This document shows positions 18,073 to 26,770 of a DNA stretch of 36,009 bases, piece after piece (positions within the stretch are counted from its first letter, which is position 1; each line of letters starts with the position of its first letter). This DNA is from an archaeon (GTDB lineage Archaea; Nanobdellota; Nanobdellia; Pacearchaeales; GW2011-AR1). Where the stretch lies: assembly GCA_043810775.1 (NCBI GenBank), contig JBDRNU010000009.1, forward strand, positions 1 through 36,009, given 5' to 3'. Position numbers and translations under genes: made by a program. The notes under the pieces are model-generated. The model had not been told where the DNA came from. It saw only the letters and a program-made list of their open reading frames with translations, and did no database searches.

Positions 18073-19230
18073 TCAAGGAATCAGGATATTAATCTGAACT
18101 TTTCCTTCGTAATTTCCAAATGGAAGCTCTGGAATTCTCATATTATAGTATGTTGAAAATCTTTCTCCGACACTAGAATTGCAAGAATCTGAAATGCAGG
18201 TTTTTAGGTGAGGATATGGAGAAAAATATGAGACTGAATAATTAGTTATGTAAACTGGCCAGACACCTGTTTCTGAAGTCTCATTAAATAAAGAGTCGTC
18301 ATCAATCTGGAAAACTGGGTCTGGATAAGAGATTTGCCAGATGCCCGTGCAGTTAGGAGAGGTACAATTAAAATTTTCTCCCTGCCAGGTTAAATTAACC
18401 CCAATATTTCCAAAATTAATTAGAGAAATTCCTCCCAAGGGCCGAGCTGTCACCCATTTATTCATGTAAAGCTCACCAAAGTCAATTGAGTCAGTATAGT
18501 TTATTGTTGCAAGCATATTATATGTAAAATTAGTTTCATTGAAAATATTATCTGAAAGAGCAATTCTTAGCTTCCAGGTTCCAGGCTTGCGCCAAAACTG
18601 CAAAGTAGAATTCCCACGGTACTCATACATACAGTCTTGAGAACCTACTTTATAAGCATAGTTTAAGACAGCTGAATAAGTATAATTATTTTTATTGCAA
18701 TTAAAATAATTATTAGGAGAGCACAAGTAGGCATTTAAGCTATAATCCCCGCATTTCCTTGCATTTATTATTGAGGAAATAATAACACTTGAATTTTTAC
18801 CCTTTATAGGATTAACTAAAAGATGCTGATTTGGGCTGTCAAAATCAGTTATATCTGGCCTGTATACTTGCCATTGCTGTGGTGGTTGAGAAACTGTAAA
18901 AAAATCAATCTCATAGTCTGCAATCTGGTAGTCCCAGGTTGCAAAATAGTACTGGCCTTCAAAGCTTTGAGGGACAACATAATTAATAGTTTGCTTGGTA
19001 TTGCAAGGGTCACTGCAACTAACTAGGATTGCATCTACTAAAGTTGTGTTCTGCATTACAGGGATAACTGGACGAAATCCGAACTTTTTATTGGGATTAA
19101 TTGTAATAGAAATTGTTTCTCCTGGATAAACAGAGCTAGCACTTATAGTAGTAATTGCGCAAACTAATTCTAAAGTAAGAACTATGAAAACCAGAGTGCA
19201 AAATATTAAAGCCAGAGTTTTTAGATGCAT
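18073..19230 (-). CDS. Secreted beta-rich surface protein, paralog of 16207..18033 C-terminal region
   Basis: Signal peptide; LQFWRKPGTWKL, NFGNIGVNLTW, IDDDSLF, GNYEGKVQINIL; many sequons. Confidence 0.8.
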   Translation of the reverse strand: MHLKTLALIFCTLVFIVLTLELVCAITTISASSVYPGETISITINPNKKFGFRPVIPVMQNTTLVDAILVSCSDPCNTKQTINYVVPQSFEGQYYFATWDYQIADYEIDFFTVSQPPQQWQVYRPDITDFDSPNQHLLVNPIKGKNSSVIISSIINARKCGDYSLNAYLCSPNNYFNCNKNNYTYSAVLNYAYKVGSQDCMYEYRGNSTLQFWRKPGTWKLRIALSDNIFNETNFTYNMLATINYTDSIDFGELYMNKWVTARPLGGISLINFGNIGVNLTWQGENFNCTSPNCTGIWQISYPDPVFQIDDDSLFNETSETGVWPVYITNYSVSYFSPYPHLKTCISDSCNSSVGERFSTYYNMRIPELPFGNYEGKVQINILIP

Positions 19231-19673
19231 TGTTTTATATTGCTATATTTAGGAGCCCCTTCATAGCATAGTATTTTTTCCTGCTGAAGTCTTGGAACTA
19301 CATAAATTTCTTTTATTGGCTCTGTGATGGGTTCCTGGAAAATTACATAAGCTGTTTTTGATTCAAATCCCCTGATAGTTGTTCCTGGAATTGTAGGAGC
19401 TTTTGATGTTTCTCCAGCTCCAAAATTAATTAATATGAGCAAGAAATCCCCAAGAAGGACATTTTTATTATTTTTAACATCAACCTTGAGTATATTATTT
19501 TCATAGCAAGCGTCTAAAATTGCAACATCCATATCCTGAAGACATGAAAACTGAGTAGAATCATCATGAACACTAAATTTCTGGATTACCAAGGCCATTA
19601 TCAGAGAAAAAATTGCAGCTAAGAGTATCAAGAAAACCATGACTATAAGTGTCGAAACTCCTCTTTTTCTCAT
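19221..19673 (-). CDS. Archaeal type IV pilin-like protein (class III signal peptide)
   Basis: MRKRG|VSTLIVMVFLILLAAIFSLIMALVI: basic leader, G at -1, hydrophobic helix; C-terminal IYVVP. Confidence 0.75.
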   Translation of the reverse strand: MRKRGVSTLIVMVFLILLAAIFSLIMALVIQKFSVHDDSTQFSCLQDMDVAILDACYENNILKVDVKNNKNVLLGDFLLILINFGAGETSKAPTIPGTTIRGFESKTAYVIFQEPITEPIKEIYVVPRLQQEKILCYEGAPKYSNIKQCI

Positions 19674-19714
19674 TTTCTCATTTAATATAATATACAAGAA
19701 AAAAGTTGTTTAAA

Positions 19715-19990
19715 TTACTTTCTTTTTTTAGTTTTTAAAGATTTTCTCTGAGATTGCTTTTTCTCTTTTGCAATTCTTTTTTTGAAATCTGCAAATAAGA
19801 AAATATAAAGTATTTCCAAAATTCCTAAAGTATTAATAACAAGTAGTAGAATAAACCATACTAGATGATTTCTTCTAGCTGATTTCCATAGAGCTATGGC
19901 TTTCCAGATAATACTCCAAATAATAATCAAAACTAGAGCTAGAGCTGAAACGCCCAGTTCAGATGCTATTTCTTCAAGTCCGTAAGCCAT
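19715..19990 (-). CDS. DUF5652-like small membrane protein
   Basis: WSIIWKAIALWKSARR...WFILLLVINTLGILEILYIF. Confidence 0.8.
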   Translation of the reverse strand: MAYGLEEIASELGVSALALVLIIIWSIIWKAIALWKSARRNHLVWFILLLVINTLGILEILYIFLFADFKKRIAKEKKQSQRKSLKTKKRK

Positions 19991-20081
19991 TTTGCCTCTT
20001 TTATATAATTCTTAAATAAGGCATATTTTTAAATTTACCTATAGAGCATAATTTTATATATTATATTTACCAAGTTTAAAT

Positions 20082-20507
20082 ATGGAAAAAGGGGTTCAGG
20101 GAGTAATATTTTTAGCAATTAGTATAGGTTATTATTTATTCTGGAGTATATTATATAACAGCGTTCAAACAAACATTAAAACTTTTTTATGGGTTATCTG
20201 GCTTATAATTGTTGTTTCTTTTACTTTTTGGCTAGCTCAAAATTTGCTTTTAAAAAATAAATCAATGAAGAAAAAGAGAGAGCAGCTAGGAATAGAGGTT
20301 CACGAGAGGCCACTAATAGTTTCTTTTTTTATCTATATAGGGTACTTGCTTGGTTTTATTTCCATAGGACTGGGAGTATTTGCCCTGTCTTTAAAAAATG
20401 AGCAGAGTTTTGATATTTTCCTAGTAACTACGATTATTGGATTGATTATTACTTCTATTGTATTTTTCATTGACAGGGAGCCAAGACATAGGTATCCAAT
20501 AGATTAG
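20082..20507 (+). CDS. Hypothetical 4-TM membrane protein
   Basis: Four hydrophobic segments; no motif recognised. Confidence 0.65.
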   Translation: MEKGVQGVIFLAISIGYYLFWSILYNSVQTNIKTFLWVIWLIIVVSFTFWLAQNLLLKNKSMKKKREQLGIEVHERPLIVSFFIYIGYLLGFISIGLGVFALSLKNEQSFDIFLVTTIIGLIITSIVFFIDREPRHRYPID

Positions 20508-20542
20508 TATTTTAGAGTTGTATATTTTAAAGTATAGAAATA

Positions 20543-20624
20543 TTTATATATATCACTTATTTCTAATCCTAATCCAATACAACAAATTGTATAAAAAAAG
20601 GTTGAGGTATACAATATATTGTAC
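20543..20624 (+). promoter_or_regulatory. TATA box and tandem NrdR boxes
   Basis: TTTATATA 20543-20550; ATACAACAAATTGTAT 20577-20592 and ATACAATATATTGTAC 20609-20624, 32 bp apart, matching the palindromic acaCwAtATaTwGtgt consensus. Confidence 0.82.
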
Positions 20625-20630
20625 TTTAAA

Positions 20631-21068
20631 ATGTTATGTCCTTACTGTAAAAATTCTGAAACGAAAGTAACTGATAAAAGAGATGCTGAAAAATTAACTA
20701 GGAGAAGGAGAGAATGCCTGAAATGTTCAAAGAGATTTACAACTTATGAGAGATTTGAACTAGGGAATTTTTATGTTATCAAGAAAGATAAAAGAAGAGA
20801 GATATATAACAGGGACAAATTATTATTAGGATTTGTCAAGGCTTGTGAGAAGCGTCCTGTAAGCCATGATAAAATTGAAAAAACTGTAGGTGAGATTGAA
20901 GAAAAAATCAGCAAAAAGAAAGAAATTGAAAGTGACATTATAGGGGAGATGGTTATGAAAGCACTGAAAAAAATAGACAAGGTAGCATATATCAGGTTTG
21001 CTTCTGTGTACAAGGATTTTCAGGACGTAAATGACTTTAAGTCAGCTATGAAGGAGGTGGGAAAATAA
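20631..21068 (+). CDS. nrdR: Transcriptional repressor NrdR (Zn ribbon + ATP cone)
   Basis: CPYC...RRRRECLKCSKRFTTYE, VIKKDKRRE, DKVAYIRFASVY; ATG at 20631. Confidence 0.96.
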   Translation: MLCPYCKNSETKVTDKRDAEKLTRRRRECLKCSKRFTTYERFELGNFYVIKKDKRREIYNRDKLLLGFVKACEKRPVSHDKIEKTVGEIEEKISKKKEIESDIIGEMVMKALKKIDKVAYIRFASVYKDFQDVNDFKSAMKEVGK

Positions 21069-23680
21069 TGGCAGAAGTAATCAAGGATTTGCCTGACTAT
21101 ACGGGAGAAATAGATATTTCCAAGGTTTTTGGAGAAAATGGAGTGTATATGCTTGAAAAAAAATATCTCCTTAGAGATGATACTGGAAATGTTATTGAAA
21201 GTCCTTTAGAAAGAGTTTATACTATTTGCAGAAGAGCGGCGGAGATTGATAGGGGTTACGGAGCGAGCGAAGAAAAAGTTGATGAACTGACAAAAAACTT
21301 TTTTAGTATGATAGTGAATAGGGAGTATTCACCTGCTGGAAGAATTTGGTCTAATGTTGGTTCAGATATTCTTGCTCTTTTTAATTGTTATGTTCTTCCT
21401 ATTCCTGACGATACAGAAGGAATATATGAGGCTGTTAAGAATGCTGCAATTATTCATAAAAATGGCGGGGGAACTGGGTATAATTTTTCAACTTTAAGAC
21501 CAAGAGGAACTTATGTTAAAAAATCAAAAGGGCTAGCTTCTGGACCAGTGTCTTTTATTGGGCAGTTTGATAAAGAAACTGAGATTATTAATTCTGGAAA
21601 CAGGAGAGGGGCAAATATGGCTGTTTTTGATGTTTATCATCCTGATATTCTTGAATTTATTTATGCAAAAACACTTGAAGGAGAGCTTCAGAATTTTAAT
21701 ATTTCTGTTGGAGTTAGCAATGAATTTATGAAAAAAGCCAAGGAGGAAGGTTATTACACGCTAAAATTTCCTGATGAGCAACCTTTTACTAAAGATAAGC
21801 TTGAAGATATTATCAGAAACATTGAAGAAAATAAGCTCGGAGGAGCTGATGTAGGCAAGAAACCCAGACCAGCTTCATTAAAGCTAGATAAAAATGATAT
21901 AATTGATACTTATACTGACAAGGTTATTGGGAGAGTTAATGAGGAAGGATATGTCCAGCTAAAAGCTGATTTGCTATTAGATAGAATGGCTGAGCTTGCA
22001 CATAAAACAGGTGATCCTGGAATGATTTATCTTGACAGGATTGAACAAGATAATCCTCTGCCTTCTGCAGGAAAACTTAATGCAACTAATCCCTGCGGTG
22101 AACAACCACTTCATCCTTATGATGCCTGTAATTTAGGAAGCATAAATTTAGAGAAGATGATTGACAGAGAAGATGTTGACTGGGAAAAACTCAAAAATAC
22201 TGTGTGGCATGCGGTAAGATATCAAGATAATATAAATGACCTTAACAAAGGACCAATAAAACAAATAGAAGAAACTGTCAAGAGAAACAGAAGAATTGGT
22301 TTGGGAGTGATGGGGTGGGCTGACATGCTAGCTCAATTTGAAATTCCTTATGATTCTGGCAAAGCTTTTGAACTTGGGGAAAAGGTTATGAGTTATATTA
22401 GTGAGGAAGCAAAAAAAGCTTCAGCTTCACTAGCAAAAGAAAAAGGAGTGTTTCCATCATATGAAGAAAGCACTTGCAATACAGGGAATGAAGAAGATAG
22501 AGTCAGAAACTTGCAGAGGACAACAATTGCACCTACTGGAAGCATTAGTAATTTATTTGAAGTAGCTAGCGCAATAGAACCTTATTTTGCAGTAGGATAT
22601 ACAAAAAATCTAAGAGGTGGAGACAAATTATATTTCTTAAACAGGCATTTTTTAGGGGCTTTGAAAAAAAGAGGCTTTGATGAAGAGCAAATTACAAAAA
22701 TCAAAAGAGAAGTTGAACAAAAAGGTGGAAGCTGTCAAGAAATAGGAGAAGTTCCAGATGATTTAAAAGCGGTATTTAAAACTGCAATGGAAATTAGATA
22801 TGATAAGCATATTGAAATGCAGGCTGCATTTCAGAGAAAAACTGATAATGCTGTTTCTAAAACAATAAATATGCCTGAAGATGCAACAATAGAAGATATA
22901 AGGAAGGCATATATTCGGGCGTGGGAGTTGGGATGCAAAGGGGTCACTATATATAGGGATAAGAGCAAGATGGTCCAGGTATTAGAAGGAGGGGTAAAAG
23001 ATTTAGAGGAGAGAGTTGAAATTGTCATGAATGATGTTCCTATTAAAAGCAATGCAATGAAATTAGCTCCTTTTGCCAGACATTACAAAGTTAATAGAGG
23101 TAAAGATACATTCCACATAATTGTATCTTCAAAATTATATAGGGACAAAAGTGATACAAACAGGTACTTTGCAATTCCTAATGCAGTATTTCAGTTAATA
23201 AGGCCTCTTGGAACAGAAGAGGCAGCTGAGTTTGCTCAATCAGGACTAGACAGGACTAAAGTTCTTCAAGCTTCTGATCCAGATTATTTAGAATTTGCAC
23301 AAGACCTTAAATCTGTAAGAGGTGATAAAGCAGAGGGATTTGGACTCGGAAGAGTTGAAAGCCCTTCTCATGCTGTAGGCATGGCTATTGAGCATTTATT
23401 GTTAAGCTATGGCTTGATTGGATGGGAGGATGCTGGTGAAATTAAAAAAATGGCGGTAAAGGTGAAAAAAGGTGAGCTGGAAAAAGTAGATGATAAAGAA
23501 GCTTTAGAAATAATGAAAAGATATCAAAGTCAGGGAGAAAGAGTTGATTTTGACCCAAGAGGAATTAGAAAAATTGAATTTAGATGCGGAAAATGCAGTA
23601 ATACAGAATATATTATGGAAAGTGGATGCAGAGACCCTGTTTGCAAGGGATGTGGATGGAGCTTAGGAAAGTGTGATTAA
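21068..23680 (+). CDS. nrdJ: Class II (adenosylcobalamin-dependent) ribonucleotide reductase
   Basis: LFNCYV, GGGTGYNFS, RRGANM, TNPCGEQPL, CNLGSINL, TTIAPTGSIS, AVSKTIN, KGVTIYRD; C-terminal Zn ribbon; no beta subunit nearby. Confidence 0.93.
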   Translation: MAEVIKDLPDYTGEIDISKVFGENGVYMLEKKYLLRDDTGNVIESPLERVYTICRRAAEIDRGYGASEEKVDELTKNFFSMIVNREYSPAGRIWSNVGSDILALFNCYVLPIPDDTEGIYEAVKNAAIIHKNGGGTGYNFSTLRPRGTYVKKSKGLASGPVSFIGQFDKETEIINSGNRRGANMAVFDVYHPDILEFIYAKTLEGELQNFNISVGVSNEFMKKAKEEGYYTLKFPDEQPFTKDKLEDIIRNIEENKLGGADVGKKPRPASLKLDKNDIIDTYTDKVIGRVNEEGYVQLKADLLLDRMAELAHKTGDPGMIYLDRIEQDNPLPSAGKLNATNPCGEQPLHPYDACNLGSINLEKMIDREDVDWEKLKNTVWHAVRYQDNINDLNKGPIKQIEETVKRNRRIGLGVMGWADMLAQFEIPYDSGKAFELGEKVMSYISEEAKKASASLAKEKGVFPSYEESTCNTGNEEDRVRNLQRTTIAPTGSISNLFEVASAIEPYFAVGYTKNLRGGDKLYFLNRHFLGALKKRGFDEEQITKIKREVEQKGGSCQEIGEVPDDLKAVFKTAMEIRYDKHIEMQAAFQRKTDNAVSKTINMPEDATIEDIRKAYIRAWELGCKGVTIYRDKSKMVQVLEGGVKDLEERVEIVMNDVPIKSNAMKLAPFARHYKVNRGKDTFHIIVSSKLYRDKSDTNRYFAIPNAVFQLIRPLGTEEAAEFAQSGLDRTKVLQASDPDYLEFAQDLKSVRGDKAEGFGLGRVESPSHAVGMAIEHLLLSYGLIGWEDAGEIKKMAVKVKKGELEKVDDKEALEIMKRYQSQGERVDFDPRGIRKIEFRCGKCSNTEYIMESGCRDPVCKGCGWSLGKCD

Positions 23681-23751
23681 GAAAAGGATATTTCCTAAAA
23701 TATAGTTTAACTTGTAATATTATTTATAAATAAATTAGGATATGAAAAACA

Positions 23752-24906
23752 ATGGCTGAAAAAACTGGTGAAGAAGTTTATTCATTTGAACAAAAAAACT
23801 TGCCTGATACTCTTAAAATAAAATATACTAGTGATGAGGGAACTAGAAATTATGATTTTTCTCCAATAATTCATGTAAGTGGAGAGAGTATGCCTGAGAC
23901 TATGGAAAAAGCCTGTCTTCATCTTGCAAGAAAAGGGCTGGTTTACAGAAGAAGTGATGAAAAAGATAATGCCTGGCAAGTTGAAGCTAAGATGATTATG
24001 GAAATAAGAAATCCTGATGCTGACCCTTATACTCACTTGAGATTTGCAGGCAGTAATGGCTTGGGGCAGGGATTACTAGATTATTTATATGAGTTTATGG
24101 GTGCTAAAAGATTTTGGAAGCCTGATGCTGATGATCCTAAAGACACTAGGTGGGAATACACTTACTTTGGTTCTTTAAGCGAGTATGCTGGAAGCAAAGG
24201 ACCAATTGACCAGATTGAAGCTGTAAAGCAGAAATTAATTGAGAGGCCAAATACTAGGAGAGCTCAGGCAATTACCTGGCATCCTGAAAGAGATTTGGAA
24301 AATCAGCACACTCCTTGTTTGCAGAGAATACGTTTTTTAGTTACGCCTGGAGATAAAAGAGCTAGATTAGATATGCAGTATGATTTTAGAACAAGAAATG
24401 TCATGACTGCTGCTTTTGGAAATATCATGGGCCTTTATATTTTAGGGTGTGATGTAAGAGATGCTGTTGAACAAGGCACTGGAATTGAGTTAGATATGAG
24501 AATGATAGACAGTACAGATACATTTCATGTTAATTCAAGAGAGTTTCCTGTTTTTATGAATTCTGTCAGGCAGGTTGTGAATAAGAAAAAAAGCGGCCAA
24601 CCCTTAAGCAAGAGAACTTGGAAAAGGAGTTTAGTCATTGATGACTTGCTTAGCCACAGAGATTATACTGAGAAGTTTTTAGTTGATAAAACTACTAAAA
24701 TGGCTGAAGAGTATGAAGGAAGAAAGCAAAGAAAAGTTGAGCAAATAAGGCAAATTCCTCAAGAAAATATGATTAGAAGAAATGAATTATTAAAAGAGCT
24801 TGATGCTATTCCTCAAATTAATGTTGAAAAAGAAACAGAGAGGACACATAAAATTGGTGACAGGATTTTTTACTTGCTAGATAAATATTCACCTGAAAAA
24901 AGATGA
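23752..24906 (+). CDS. Thymidylate-synthase-fold enzyme (archaeal ThyA-like, divergent)
   Basis: WEYTY, RRAQAITW (R169/R170), PCLQ (C189), R213-T-R-N216...N224, H259. Confidence 0.8.
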   Translation: MAEKTGEEVYSFEQKNLPDTLKIKYTSDEGTRNYDFSPIIHVSGESMPETMEKACLHLARKGLVYRRSDEKDNAWQVEAKMIMEIRNPDADPYTHLRFAGSNGLGQGLLDYLYEFMGAKRFWKPDADDPKDTRWEYTYFGSLSEYAGSKGPIDQIEAVKQKLIERPNTRRAQAITWHPERDLENQHTPCLQRIRFLVTPGDKRARLDMQYDFRTRNVMTAAFGNIMGLYILGCDVRDAVEQGTGIELDMRMIDSTDTFHVNSREFPVFMNSVRQVVNKKKSGQPLSKRTWKRSLVIDDLLSHRDYTEKFLVDKTTKMAEEYEGRKQRKVEQIRQIPQENMIRRNELLKELDAIPQINVEKETERTHKIGDRIFYLLDKYSPEKR

Positions 24907-25670
24907 GTGACCAATTAGTAGAAAAAATTGAAATTCAAAAAGAGTTTGGCTTTCCTGAGTTGAGAAAGAGGATGAGAAAAGTCCAACTTAAAGGATTTCC
25001 TGATGTTTGTGTATATGAAGGAAGTGATTTTGATTTAGTCAGGCTTAATCCTGAAGGAATTAGAAAACAGATTAGCACTCCACAACCGGCAACTTACCGA
25101 GACCATTTAAATAGAATTGGTGAGATGGCTAAATTATTTTCTGAAAAAGGAATTGATATTTTTAATTTAAATGGGGGAGTAGATTATATTGCATTTAAGC
25201 CAGGGGACAGTGAAGGGACATTATGGACTGTGATTCCACCTGTTGTTGAAAGTTTTTATATGAATGCTGGAACTTTTCATGATCACTATGAATCTATGAT
25301 GGACTCAAGATTAAATAGTGAACTAAAATCTAAAGGGCTTGCAGTAAATCCAGAATTAAAAAATTTAAAAAAAGATAGAGCAGAAACTGTGAGATTAATT
25401 AATGACGGAAGCCATAGGGTTCATTATGCTGTTGATACTGGAATTTCTCAGACTTTATTAGTAGCTAGTGGAATTAAAGAAGGGTGGCCTTATTATGCTG
25501 CTCCACAGTCGTATGAGCTAGTTGACATTCTTCCTACCAGGCCTGAAGATGGGGGTGCAGGAAAGATACATGTGGTTACGAGCCCTGGACATAAAATGCT
25601 TTATAGATTATTTCCAAGCGGGGGTATTAACAGTGGGACAGTCAGACCAGACAAGAAGGCCACGCTTTGA
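24903..25670 (+). CDS. Uncharacterised protein with ParB/Sulfiredoxin-like DGxHR motif
   Basis: IPPVV ... RLINDGSHRVHYA; ATGA overlap with the TS-fold gene. Confidence 0.6.
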   Translation: MSDQLVEKIEIQKEFGFPELRKRMRKVQLKGFPDVCVYEGSDFDLVRLNPEGIRKQISTPQPATYRDHLNRIGEMAKLFSEKGIDIFNLNGGVDYIAFKPGDSEGTLWTVIPPVVESFYMNAGTFHDHYESMMDSRLNSELKSKGLAVNPELKNLKKDRAETVRLINDGSHRVHYAVDTGISQTLLVASGIKEGWPYYAAPQSYELVDILPTRPEDGGAGKIHVVTSPGHKMLYRLFPSGGINSGTVRPDKKATL

Positions 25671-26316
25671 AGCTGTTGGATTTGATTTAGACAATACTTT
25701 ATATCCTTCTAGCGATAAAATTCAGGAATTTATTAGAGGTGAAATTGCTAGAGAAATTGGACAGGCAATTAATGTAAGTCAAGAAGAGGCTAGAGAACTT
25801 TTTGAAAGATTATACGCTGAGATAGGATCAGGAACTAGAGTTCTCAAAAAAATTGCTGAGGAGTATGCTGTTGAATTAGATGCTGATTATATTGTGCAAT
25901 CAGCTCTTGAGCAAGAAGAAGTTATTAACTTAGTCAAGCCTGACAAAAGATTGCAACCATTTTTAGAAGATATTGCAAGAAGAGTTAATGGAAGAATTGA
26001 TTTACTGACTGGCAGTCAAAGACATGTTGCTTTTGGAAAATTAGAAAGATTGGGTGTGAGTCCAAGTACGTTTGTATATCAAATTTGTGGAGATTATAGT
26101 AAAGTTAATGGAGATATGTTTAAAGAGTGGATTAGATTAAGACAAATGGCTCCTGGCAGGTTATTGTATGTGGGTGATAATGTTAAGGCAGATATTATTC
26201 CTGCAAATGAGTTAGGGCTTTATACTTGCTTAGTTGGGAAAGAAGATAAAAGAGCTGAGTTTTGCATTGAAACTGTTTATGATTTAGTGGAGGTTTTAGA
26301 TGGTACTAGTAAGTGA
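25633..26316 (+). CDS. HAD-superfamily phosphatase/nucleotidase
   Basis: FDLDNTLY (motif I), LLTG (II), SK (III), YVGDNVKADIIPA (IV). In-frame GTG at 25633 follows GGGGGT; start uncertain. Confidence 0.85.
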   Translation: MGQSDQTRRPRFEAVGFDLDNTLYPSSDKIQEFIRGEIAREIGQAINVSQEEARELFERLYAEIGSGTRVLKKIAEEYAVELDADYIVQSALEQEEVINLVKPDKRLQPFLEDIARRVNGRIDLLTGSQRHVAFGKLERLGVSPSTFVYQICGDYSKVNGDMFKEWIRLRQMAPGRLLYVGDNVKADIIPANELGLYTCLVGKEDKRAEFCIETVYDLVEVLDGTSK

Positions 26317-26770
26317 AATTAAGTATAAACCTAATATAGTTATTGGGAGTTGTCCAAAAGATTCTGATGAGGTGGTTGGAGTTTTAAGAGATGTGAAAAA
26401 AGATTTAGCTGAAGTAGATATTAGTATTAAAGGCTTAAATTTAAAACAAATTCTAGAAATTGCTGGTAGAAATGGTTTTTTATTAGATAATAAAGAAGGG
26501 CCTGGTGTAATTCAAGTAAAATTTGATTCTGTCAGGCCTTATTTAAGAGTATATCAAGAAAATACAGGTGAAGGTTGTAAATCTTGTGCACACTATGCTC
26601 TTCACAAACCTCAACCTGATGAAACTTTTGCTTATTGTTCAATTCTTGAAGATAAATCAGATGCAACTAATAACCATTCTCCAATTATAAGAGGCTATAT
26701 GGAAACAGGATGTTTAAGCAAGGCAGATAGATTTCAAATAAAACCTAAAGATCTTGAAGGAATGTTTTAG
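26300..26770 (+). CDS. Hypothetical protein with C-terminal Cys cluster
   Basis: GGAGG SD upstream; GCKSCAHY...YC...GC. Confidence 0.6.
   Translation: MVLVSEIKYKPNIVIGSCPKDSDEVVGVLRDVKKDLAEVDISIKGLNLKQILEIAGRNGFLLDNKEGPGVIQVKFDSVRPYLRVYQENTGEGCKSCAHYALHKPQPDETFAYCSILEDKSDATNNHSPIIRGYMETGCLSKADRFQIKPKDLEGMF

Noticed and set aside
24903-25670. Chromosome-partitioning ParB
   Set aside because: No HTH or dimerisation domain, no parA, and the context is nucleotide metabolism.
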